Positions 24,301-32,666 of a stretch of DNA of 64,000 nt are shown piece by piece. A model generated the notes under the pieces. It searched no databases, was not told where the DNA came from, and was given only the letters and a program-made list of their open reading frames with translations. The stretch lies in assembly GCA_051362555.1 (NCBI GenBank), contig CM120642.1, positions 19,344,001-19,408,000 on the forward strand. Direction: 5' to 3'. This DNA is from Lingula anatina (taxonomy: Eukaryota; Animalia; Brachiopoda). A program made the position numbers and the translations under genes. How positions within the stretch are numbered: the stretch's first letter is position 1; each line of letters opens with the position of its first letter.

Positions 24301-25682
24301 CATTTAGAGAAATAAACGAAACGAAAAAAGTATCCATGGAATCACTGCGTATCCAAACACAGCAAAATAGTCAGTACATTCGAGAACAAGGGTACAATTT
24401 GGTTGAAATGTGGGAGTGTGAATGGAAAAAATTACAGAAAGAAAATGCAGAAGTGCAACTGTTCGTAAATCAGTACAAGCACCCCACCGAAAACAAATAT
24501 CAACTGAAATTTGAAGAAATTTTGCATGCCGTTTGCAATGACAAGTTGTTTGGTTTTATTGAATGTGATATAGAAGTCCCCTCTGAACTCAGACCCATGT
24601 TTTCAGAAATGCCACCCATTTTTAAAAACGCCACCATTACCAGAGATGACATAGGTGCTTACATGAAAAATTTTGCCGAAGAAAATGGCATTATGAGCAC
24701 TCCTAGAAAATCGCTTATAGGCAGTTTTTTCGGTGAAAAAATTTTACTGGCCACTCCCCTCTTGAAATGGTATGTGAAGCACGGTCTTCGCGTCACTTAC
24801 ATTTACCAGGTAGTCGAGTACACGCCTAAAGCCTGCTTCCAGCATTTTGGTAACGCGGTGAGCGATGCTCGCAGAGAGGGGGATAAAGATAAAACAAAGG
24901 CCATCGTTGCCGATACCATGAAGCTCATTGGTAATTCGGGGTACGGTAAAACAGTAACCAATAAAGAAAAACACCGTGATGTGGAATACTGTGGTGAAGC
25001 TAAGGCCTCTCGTAAAGTGAACAACCCCCGCTTTCGGCGCTTAGATCAAATCACTGACGACACGTATGAGATCGAACTAAACAAAAAAGTAATCAAATAC
25101 GATTTACCCATTCAAATTGGGGTCATGGTGTATCAGTATACCAAGCTGCGCATGTTGGAATTTTATTATGATTTCATGCTCAAGTTCGTGGATCCGACCG
25201 ATTTCCAATATTGTGAAATGGATACAGATTCCGCCTACATTGCTTTTTCGGCAGATAGCTTGGAAGCCGTGATAAAACCTGATATGCGTAAACAGTACGA
25301 AGCTGAAAAACACCTTTGGTTTCCTCGCACTGATACAGCAGAAAATGAGGCCTATGATAAAAGAACGCCGGGGTTATTTAAAGCCGAGTGGATTGGCGAC
25401 GGTATCGTTGGTCTTTGTAGTAAGACCTATCATTGTTTTGGGGGAGAAACAAAGCCGAAATTTAGCTGTAAAGGTGTTAATAGAAACAACACTGATATAG
25501 ATGAAACTAAGTATTTAGATGTACTGCTGAATAGAAAGAGTGGAAGTGGTGAGAATAGAGGAATAAGGTTGTTAAAAAATAGCATGTATTCATATGTACA
25601 GCAAAAAGATGCATTCAGTTATTATTATTGTAAACGTAAGATTTTAGAAGACGGTGTGTCCACTGCACCTTTAGACGTTTAA
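21363..25682 (+). CDS. Protein-primed family B DNA polymerase with N-terminal C2H2 zinc fingers, 1439 aa
   Basis: Uninterrupted ORF with ExoI FDIE, ExoII FNSGHYD, ExoIII YNNKD, Pol A DANALY, Pol B KLIGNSGYGK and Pol C MDTDS. Four C2H2 fingers at the N-terminus and a Vsr-like insert VDGF...YQYQGCYFHGH. Confidence 0.95.
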   Translation: MEHKCETCKKSFTKKRNLLKHIRAVHGAEQYPCDICGASFNRSESLKRHRASHAKAYGCPICGKCFGRRDVLSTHMRLHSTRLEQPTLRCPECDEVFATPLDRLNHQAKAHPQPGPSNKRKADSQPDIVKKIQGGYGAGAILSPDPVSMPEDLLPPDTEPLVRDSYMQHWSSIRTRFSRGNKLQDWYNFRLTTIHPDDLREGLAAVLKDQKTVFKLNVSYGFFLRNNETGELRYYHPSSNNHCFLEEPFVIQNKNDLDGFFEHITVRDILECARQERPNSSWIVEMITNATFYVTKLVGHPIGSAGVLPPYITNNKGLVTLQGDQNGCYNDNLCVFRCLALHRGWPVLGLEKNTKQLFEKYRAETRCKIKGFEGVSLKQLKKLEDLFEVNITVFELQETEDGATFAELVRRSMSKYKETMSLNVYENHFSYIKNMGKYAQSFCCSKCDKMFKHKGHLHVHERTCEAIVEHRFPGKAYNTPPTIFEELADYGLVIPKEDRYYPYRATFDIECLLPTPNNPDHSEKLHLEHEHQFQSVSICSNVPGHTTPKCFISDGDPGQTVGKFIAALIDISQEARVILNDKFKWVFENGHTKVTNDVELDIEMSEEEEDVNELRKGHYLTKLLSRFSNYLKELPVLGFNSGHYDLNAMKTLFFPSLINREKLRFVVKRNNNFMVLKSDSLKILDVRNYLAPGCSYSQFLKAFECKESKGFFPYEWMDSLNKLDYPCLPPREALASQLKQNTISEADYALCQRVWEENNMETMRDFLTWYNNKDVEPMLEAVAKMFDFYLERGIDMFKDGISVPGLTLKYLFQNVGDAYFTLFDDKNSDLHYLLKNAIVGGPSIIFHRYHERNETLIRKATVDDPKLCKKIIGFDANALYLWCLMQPMPTGTFIRRHVESGYKREYSHPHGREATMWLDWMAHTTGQKIRHQFNNIEKRIGYQPRLPVDGFCSETNTVYQYQGCYFHGHRCHLNQNKDGTFREINETKKVSMESLRIQTQQNSQYIREQGYNLVEMWECEWKKLQKENAEVQLFVNQYKHPTENKYQLKFEEILHAVCNDKLFGFIECDIEVPSELRPMFSEMPPIFKNATITRDDIGAYMKNFAEENGIMSTPRKSLIGSFFGEKILLATPLLKWYVKHGLRVTYIYQVVEYTPKACFQHFGNAVSDARREGDKDKTKAIVADTMKLIGNSGYGKTVTNKEKHRDVEYCGEAKASRKVNNPRFRRLDQITDDTYEIELNKKVIKYDLPIQIGVMVYQYTKLRMLEFYYDFMLKFVDPTDFQYCEMDTDSAYIAFSADSLEAVIKPDMRKQYEAEKHLWFPRTDTAENEAYDKRTPGLFKAEWIGDGIVGLCSKTYHCFGGETKPKFSCKGVNRNNTDIDETKYLDVLLNRKSGSGENRGIRLLKNSMYSYVQQKDAFSYYYCKRKILEDGVSTAPLDV

Positions 25683-26804
25683 GTGTACAGTTTTTCACTT
25701 GACAAGGAACACTTATTTTTGGCTGTTCACTTAAAAGAGTTTTTGAGGAACAACATAGTTCCATTGCATAGTAGTCGAAGAAAACTTGCAAATATTTGAT
25801 TGTACATTATTCATCCATGTCACTACTTTGACAAACTTATTTTTGCCCAGCTGTTAATCCAATATAATGTGGTGCAGCAGAAGCATGTTTGGAAAGCAAG
25901 TCGTAAAAGTGTATTACATTACTCTACTTGTGTTATACCTACCTTGGCAAGCTTTCTCTCTTTATTTAAAGTCAATCCTGCTCAACAGTTAGCGCATTTG
26001 ATGTGATGGTCAATGTAACAGAGAGTTTGTCAATCACCACCGTGTGCATAGAAATGAAAAATACTAATAAATGTACATTTTATCCATATGACATGTGTTT
26101 TCTTGAATTTATGGTTCTACATGTATGACTAAGCAGACAAAACCTACAATGTTTAAACGCAATCTTGTGTAGGCAAATCTCCTATGATGTCATTTGCATA
26201 GGGAAATATCTTCTAATTTTCTAAGATGAACAGAAAAAGTTGAACTTGAATCAGAAAAAAAAAACTGTTATATACAGAAAAATACTTCTGCAAAAGGTTA
26301 TCGTTTCATTACATTTTATGATATTCAAAGACGAAGAGGAGAAAAAATACTGCACTGTTTAACTTAAGATATGCTTCTTGCACTAAAGAGAAAAAACTAC
26401 TTCTACATATTAGGTCAATTTTCCTATATTCAAAGACGAACAGGAATCAAATATTGCACTGTTAAAGTTAAAAACTGCTTTTTGCACTGAAGAGGAAAAA
26501 ATTACTTCTACATTTGACATTCCTTTTGTCGATTTGGACAATGTTTATCATAAATTTCCGTATACATCTTGTATGTAAGAATCAAAATTTAACTGTTTGT
26601 CCCTGCACAAGACAGACTAGCAGATAAAATGAGTATTATACTTTTAAAATAGAAGATATTTACAAGTGAATGAAAAATTTTACTTTTAATTTAACAACGA
26701 AAAACACTTATGTTCAAAGATGGTCAGAAACAACTACAATGTGTAACATTAAATCGGTAAAATTCAAAGAGAAAATGCTCATTTTTATTTTAAAGAGGAA
26801 GAGT

Positions 26805-27575
26805 AGAGTACTCCAATGTTTAGCTTTGGATTGAAAAAATGTTGTGAAGTGATAGTTGTGGCTACAAAAAGGCCCAAAAATCTAAACAGATTGTTTACAC
26901 TGGCCGCCTGAATTACTGGTTTGCTTGTGTAAACCAAGGCGATCATTTAGGAATAAAGGATTGGAGGGGTTTAGAGAAATCAAAAGTATTTGATGCGGCG
27001 TTTAAGAACAAATAGGTGACTACAGCTGTTGGTTCACGAGAAAGGAATAGAGCTTTACTATGATACTACCCAGCTTATGTAAAAACAGTGTCATTCATTT
27101 AATACTGGCCGCTTTACATTCAACTATATTGATAAACAGTAAAAGGCGGATTCAATTGACTGCACTAAGTGTTTGCGAACCACACACTATCACAATACTC
27201 TAAGTATTTGGCCTGCATACCTCTCTTTGTGAATATTACACTAGTCTCAGCTGACCATAAGCGGTGCTTTGTTTGTTAACACCTTGTGTGGCGTGTTCAA
27301 CTTAGTCGCGTGCAATCTGTCTTTTTTGGATCAATAAAAATGCCTGTCTTTTTGTTCATCCAATTCAATGGAAAAGTACAACAAACACCTATCCTTTCAA
27401 GTCTTACGTATATACCTACCTTTTCAACCAATATAAGCATCTTTTTCATAAATAAACAAACAAATAATTAAAATAATTACTCTGTCTCATTTTTAATAGC
27501 TCTGCCACTTTACTATGGCATTTTTTAATAGCTCTGCCACTTTTTTAGTAACTGTTGCGTCCTTTTATTACTACT
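26805..27575 (-). repeat. Right TIR (near-identical part)
   Basis: Reverse complement of 16609-17380. Confidence 0.95.
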
Positions 27576-27617
27576 ATAGTAGGCCCATGAGATTTATAGA
27601 TACTGATCTATATAGGG

Positions 27618-27633
27618 TGCCCTGAAAAGGGCA
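27618..27633 (-). promoter_or_regulatory. Histone-mRNA-type stem-loop
   Basis: Minus strand GAAA-TGCCCT-TTTC-AGGGCA-CCCT: 6-bp stem and UUUC loop, first pair U-A instead of G-C. Confidence 0.55.
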
Positions 27634-28063
27634 TTTCGTGATTGGTACGCCTGCCGAGGGAAGGGGAAGGGTGGACAGGTGTTTGGGGGTGGTCGGCTCA
27701 TGCCTTGGTTTAACTACCTCTAATCAAAATAACACAATCCAAGGCTGGGCCCCTGGGGACGTGTGTATTGACAGCGCCACTAGTTAAAAGCTTAGAGATT
27801 GTTTGTTGGACGCTCGGGATTGAGAATTGATGCTCTAATTCCCTTGGATTTTCCTCCGTTACGCTTGTGTAAAGGAGTGATTTGATATATCAGTTTATAG
27901 TTATATCTGACGGATTGAGTGTGCGTAGCCGTGTACAGTGTACTGCGTGAGGCGTCTCACTTCAGCGTGGTGTAGAAAGAGGCGTCTCACCTCTGTATGA
28001 AAGTGACCAGAGAAGGTTTGTACGAGAGACGTACAGCCTGGAGGGGGGAGGGGGTGGACTGGT

Positions 28064-28108
28064 TGCAGAAAGCGCTTTTCGATCAACAAGTGACCTTCAT
28101 CAGCTGCA
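28064..28108 (-). ncRNA. Minimal type I hammerhead ribozyme
   Basis: UGCAG-CUGAUGA-A-GGUCA-CUUGU-UGAUC-GAAA-AGCGCU-UU-CUGCA: helix I 5 bp, helix II 5 bp, palindromic helix III AAGCGCUU, NUH triplet UUU. Confidence 0.85.
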
Positions 28109-28509
28109 GAGTCCGAAAAAAGGGGGGGGGGTGAGGGGGTGGTCAGTGCTGTATAGCAGCAAATGGTTTTCCCCAGGTGGAGAGATCCAGGTTCTCATCA
28201 AAGGTGTCTTGCCTTTGTGAGTGTGTGTCTGCTTACGCAGATTGTAAGTGCACTTTTGTGCGAGGACGTCTCGTCCTTACAAAGGTGTCTCGCCTTTGTA
28301 TGTGTGTATCTGCTAGGCAGATCACAGTGAGAGAGTACGTTCACAAGTGTCCCGCTTGGCGATATAGTGAATCAACGAAAGTATCTCGCTTAGGTGGAGG
28401 TGTTGCTTACTGATAGCGGCACAGTTAGGTGGTGAGGACAGTCACCTGCGTGTCACTAATGTGAACCAAGGAGTTCTGACAACGACGTGTTGATTGCTCA
28501 ATGGTCGAA

Positions 28510-28600
28510 GTAGAACTGATTTTGCAGGTTGCCCTCTGGTTACTAAATAGTCTAGGGCGTCCGTTGATTGGTCGACACTCACGGTCTTTTCTGATTGGAT
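28510..28600 (-). promoter_or_regulatory. Putative Pol II promoter driving the hammerhead-containing RNA
   Basis: On the minus strand: CCAAT at 28594-28598 and 28567-28571, TATTTA at 28544-28549, and Inr TCAGTT at 28514-28519 (TATA at about -32). Confidence 0.55.
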
Positions 28601-28877
28601 GAAATTTATTTGGAGATTAGGATTCGAGGTGTGAGGTTATCCTCTAGTTCTCGGGAGGGTGGTATTGATATTAGGGGAGCCACTGTTACTTTGTTTTCGG
28701 CCAAGCGGCTGGTTATTTTCATCCTAGTAGCTCGTGGCTTTTAATAAGGTTTGAGATAGACGGTTCAGCAGATGTGTTTCTTGTCCTTTTTTAGTTAATT
28801 AGATCCCGGTGGTGTTAAAGCCGGGCGAGTATTCTCCGAATTATTTATTTTCTAATGTTTTTATATATATGAGCATA

Positions 28878-30312
28878 GCTTCGCTATGCCGAAGGTTCGC
28901 TGTGCCGAGGGTTCGCTATGCCGAAGGTTCGCTGTGCCGAGGGTTCGCTATGCCGAAGGTTCGCTGAGCCGATCGAAGGTTCGCTATGCCGATTGTTTTT
29001 ATTTTGTGCCGAAAGGTTCGCTGCGTCGACGGCTCGCTATGCCGAAGCCATCGTAGAGTTAGATACCCCATACTTTGAAGAAAATATTTTGAAAAAATAT
29101 CTTTTTTTATTAAAATAATATATAATAGCATTACTAGCCTTTAATACTACAAAGAACATGCATTACACACTATATTTTATGCATATATAATTGCGTATTT
29201 GTATATACAATTACGTAAACATACAGGTTTATTCTGTGTGTTAAATATAAATTAAATAATATATCAGTTAAATTGATTTTTGAGTAAAAGCCTTCATTCA
29301 TTTTGCCGGTAGGGGACAGCGCGCTATGCCGAGGGTTCGCTGTGCCGAGGGTTCGCTGTGCCGACAAAACCGGAAAATTGGTCTAAAATCGGCTAAGTTT
29401 TTCCGGAGCCCCAAAATCAAAGGTTCGCTATGCCGAAGGTTCGCTGTGCCGAAAAAGTCGGCTACCCATCACCCATTGTGCTTGCTATATAACGTGACGA
29501 GCAGTGGCCTTTTTTTTTTTTTTAATAAACGAGTTTAAAAAGTTCTCTTCTTCCATCCGTACCATTTGAATTTGTTAAAACTGCGCATTGAAAGTTTATC
29601 CTTATGGACATGGACATCTTAAATCGCTTTAAATAATCAGTTCTGTAAGTTAATTTATTAATTATTTTTGGCACTATGGGCGTCACCCACCTTAGGAAAT
29701 TACTGAAAAGAAAACATTCTCTAATTATTTTTGGCGAACTTGTAGTTATTGGGTGTGTGTAAAATTAACATCTTTTTATTTATTATCATTATACTTTTAG
29801 TAGTCGTAATTGTCACATGCAGTTATTTTAGCTTCGTATTTTTGTTATTAGCTATTTTAAAATAACTATTTATTATTGATTTAATGACATATAGTTTTAT
29901 ATTTGTGTGCTGTGTTACTTTTGATAATTAATTGCATTAGCCAACTAGCACATGTACCTCTCAGAACTGATAAAGATACTTATTTAAATGTCAGAATACG
30001 TAACGAAATATGTAATGCATGTTCTTTGTAGTATTAAAGGCTAGTAATGCTATTGTATATTATTTTACTAAAAAACGGTATTTTTTCAAAATATTTTCTT
30101 CAAAGTATGGGGTATCTAACTCTACGATGGCTTCGGCATAGCGAGCCGTCGACGCAGCGAACCTTTCGGCACAAAATAAAAACAATCGGCATAGCGAACC
30201 CTCGGCATAGCGAACCTTCGGCTCAGCGAACCTTCGGCATAGCGAACCCTCGGCACAGCGAACCTTCGGCATAGCGAACCCTCGGCACAGCGAACCTTCG
30301 GCATAGCGAAGC
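28878..30312. mobile_element. Foldback-type structure with 16-bp internal repeats (MuDR/foldback-like non-autonomous)
   Basis: 28878-29167 is the reverse complement of 30011-30312. Unit GGTTCGCT(A/G)TGCCGA(A/G), with a terminus-like ..AAAGTCGGCTACCC at 29467. No TSD found. Confidence 0.75.
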
Positions 30313-30465
30313 GCCTTGGGCTTCTCGCTTTTCTGATGATTTCTTTCAAAGTATAGAGATGGTTTCTCACCCATGGGAAGGGACAAAAGAGTGCTTTTAT
30401 TTGCTGGTTGTTTATTTATTTCTTTGTATGAATATTTTGGTATAGCTTTTCCTGAGCATGTGTGT

Positions 30466-30481
30466 AGCCCTGAAAAGGGCT
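30466..30481 (-). promoter_or_regulatory. Histone-mRNA-type 3' stem-loop with candidate downstream element
   Basis: AAAAAC-AGCCCT-TTTC-AGGGCT-ACACA begins ~24 nt after the stop codon. CAGGAAAAGCT follows ~11 nt downstream. Confidence 0.75.
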
Positions 30482-30504
30482 GTTTTTAATTTAGTGCTGC
30501 TTGT

Positions 30505-30990
30505 TCATTTGAGGCGCTTCAGGGTGGCCGCTGTGCGGCGTTTTGCTTTGGTGGATGTGACGATCTTTTTCTTCTTGGATTTCATCGTAAGGAGTAGGGT
30601 GCGGACCTGTTCCAGTAGATCTGGGTTGGTGTTGGAAGTCGGTTGAGGGCTTGCGTTTATTTCGTACGTCCCGTGTATCTTATAGAAGTCCTCTGCCTTG
30701 GATTCGCGGGCTAGGGCCTCTTCATGATACTTATTGGCTCTTTTCAAGAAGTCCTCTATGTGAAGTTCGATAGTATATGTCTGATTGCTTCTGATGCCTT
30801 GTCCTGGATGTCGATCAGTTGTGAAGTGAGAGCTTCGTGGCCAGGGCATCCTTTAAAATCCACCCTGGCCCTGACTTTGTGCGCTCCCCTTTCTTGTTGT
30901 TTGTTTATGTGGTTTGCCCATTCTGTACAGCCCGTGGTGTACTGCTTGGTTTCCCTCACCTCCCTCACCTCCTCGTAATGAGGATTGTTA
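30505..30990 (-). pseudogene. Same ORF, 5'-truncated copy 1
   Basis: ORFs 30756-30968 and 30505-30849 join by a frameshift to give the same protein, ending KSKKKKIVTSTKAKRRTAATLKRLK*. Confidence 0.65.
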
Positions 30991-31023
30991 CATTTTGGTA
31001 TAGCTTTTCCTGAGCATGTGTGT

Positions 31024-31039
31024 AGCCCTGAAAAGGGCT
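31024..31039 (-). promoter_or_regulatory. Histone-mRNA-type 3' stem-loop (duplicate)
   Basis: Identical to 30466-30481. Confidence 0.75.
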
Positions 31040-31062
31040 GTTTTTAATTTAGTGCTGCTTGT

Positions 31063-31592
31063 TCATTTGGGGTGCTTCAGGGTGGCCGCTGTGCGGCGTT
31101 TGCTTTGGTGGATGTGACGATCTTTTTCTTCTTGGATTTCATCGTAAGGAGTAGGGCGCGGACCTGTTCCAGTAGATCTGGGTTGGTGTTGGAAGTCGGT
31201 TGAGGGCTTGCGTTTATTTCGCACGTCCCGTGTGTCTTATAGAAGTCCTCTGCCTTGGATTCGCGGGCTAGGGCCTCTTCATGATTCTCTTTGGCTCTTT
31301 TCAAAAAGTCCTCTATGTGAAGTTCGATAGTATGTTTGATTGCTTCTGATGCCTTGTCCTGGATTTCGATCAGTTGTGAAGTGAGAGCTTCGTGGCCAGG
31401 GCATCCTTTAAAATCCACCCTGGCCCTGACTTTGTGCGCTCCCCTCTCTAGTTGTTTGTTTATGTGGTTTGCCCGTTCTGTACAGCCCGTGGTGTACTGC
31501 TTGGTTTCCCTCACCTCCCTCACCTCCTCGTAATGAGGATTGTTAGAGGCGCACGGGGAATTCTGCCCTTAGGTGGGCCCGTTCTGTGCCAT
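31063..31592 (-). pseudogene. Short intronless helical ORF with basic C-terminus (~175 aa reconstructed), copy 2
   Basis: AAAATGG start at 31592 is in frame with ORF 31077-31523 across one TAA at codon 8. There is a 1-bp frameshift near the end. The two copies complement each other's lesions. Confidence 0.65.
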
Positions 31593-31664
31593 TTTTGCGA
31601 TTCCTGTTGTCTAGGTTTTGGCCGTTTGTGGTTTTCTCTGCTTTGTTTGAACCAAAGATGTTGC

Positions 31665-32007
31665 AAAGATGTTGCAATATTCATCACAGTAGCATGCTAT
31701 ATTAACAACAGAGTCTACAGTGTTCCCATCGTACAGACAAAACTTTTCATCTGCCATCACTTGACTCCAATAATTCGGCAGTGGGAGGCACATTTTCGAG
31801 AGAAACGGAGCTAGTTGCAGGTCTTTGGTTTGAGGCTGTGAAAATATTGCCCGAATTGTCTATACGTGTCAAAATAGCTCTGGTAGTTGCCGATGGTGCT
31901 GGGTCACTGCACGGATTGTCGCAACACCTACTGCCTTCTCGCTGGCAGAACACAGAGGCCAGGAAAAGCGTGAGCAAGACTATTGCTCTTGTGGCCCCGT
32001 GTATCAT
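31665..32007 (-). pseudogene. Truncated, frameshifted paralog of the 44885-47974 gene (first coding exon only)
   Basis: MIHGATRAIVLLTLFLASVFCQ..DNPCSDP..TTRAILTR and PNYWSQV..EKFCLYDGN..VVNIACYCDEYCN match the intact copy. Confidence 0.9.
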
Positions 32008-32666
32008 TGTGTACTTGCGTATACCGCTGACTTTTCCTAGGAAGAGAAAATATACTACAATATTAAATAGATAAACAGATAGAGTCACATACGCATAGAG
32101 ATTATTTATATGAAGATGACCTGGAAGTACCATTCAACGTTATTCATTTCACTCAAACCTTTCCACAGCTGGACTTATTCACTCCTTAGTTACCTGAAAT
32201 TGTGAGCAAGTTTAAAAGAATGTATTTAAATAAAGTAATAATAATCACTTGTTTACGAAAAACACTTAACAACTATCAATTTTACTTTAATATAATTTTG
32301 ATGAAGTTCGTTACTAGAAATACCTTGTATATATTGTTGTCTTGTAATTCTAACCTTTCCCAGAAGTAATGAGCAGTAAAACATAAGGGGCATGGTGGTT
32401 AATTCAGTATGATAGTTTGGTTAATCTTTTTCATTCGTGTCGGTATTCGGGTACGCATACCGATAGTCCGAAGGTTCTGAATTCGCACCGCAATAGTTGT
32501 CGGCCATCTTAACTCCAATTTGAAAGTAGCCGCCAGATGTAGCTCAAGCAGCGGAAGACGACACTTGAAGCCCAATTAGCCTTTTTCATCTTTTCCGGAA
32601 ATGGAAATTGCATTGTGGGTAGGGGGGCCCTGCTACGTCGAAACACTTACAGCGGTGCTAAAAACC

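Larger units (their letters stand above)
16609..27575. mobile_element. Polinton/Maverick-like element, 10,967 bp, capsid-less derivative
   Basis: Termini AGTAGT (16609) and ACTACT (27575), 6-bp TSD ATAGTA at 16603-16608 and 27576-27581, long TIRs, a protein-primed PolB and an integrase remnant. Confidence 0.95.
30434..31545. repeat. Tandem duplication, 558-bp unit
   Basis: 30434-30990 and 30992-31545 are colinear and highly similar. Confidence 0.95.

Noticed and set aside
21672-25313. Antisense and alternate-frame ORFs within PolB
   Set aside because: They are short shadows of the long ORF with no recognisable motifs.
27790-27900. GIY-YIG remnant or SECIS element downstream of the hammerhead
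   Set aside because: There is only a vague H...IQG.E resemblance that needs frameshifts, and no convincing SECIS core.
28916-30386. Short ORFs in the foldback arms
   Set aside because: They are translations of the 16-bp repeat.
30466-30481. Lambda boxB-like GCCCTGAAAAGGGC on the plus strand
   Set aside because: The loop is one base short of boxB and the context is not phage. The minus-strand reading fits a histone stem-loop in both position and flanks.
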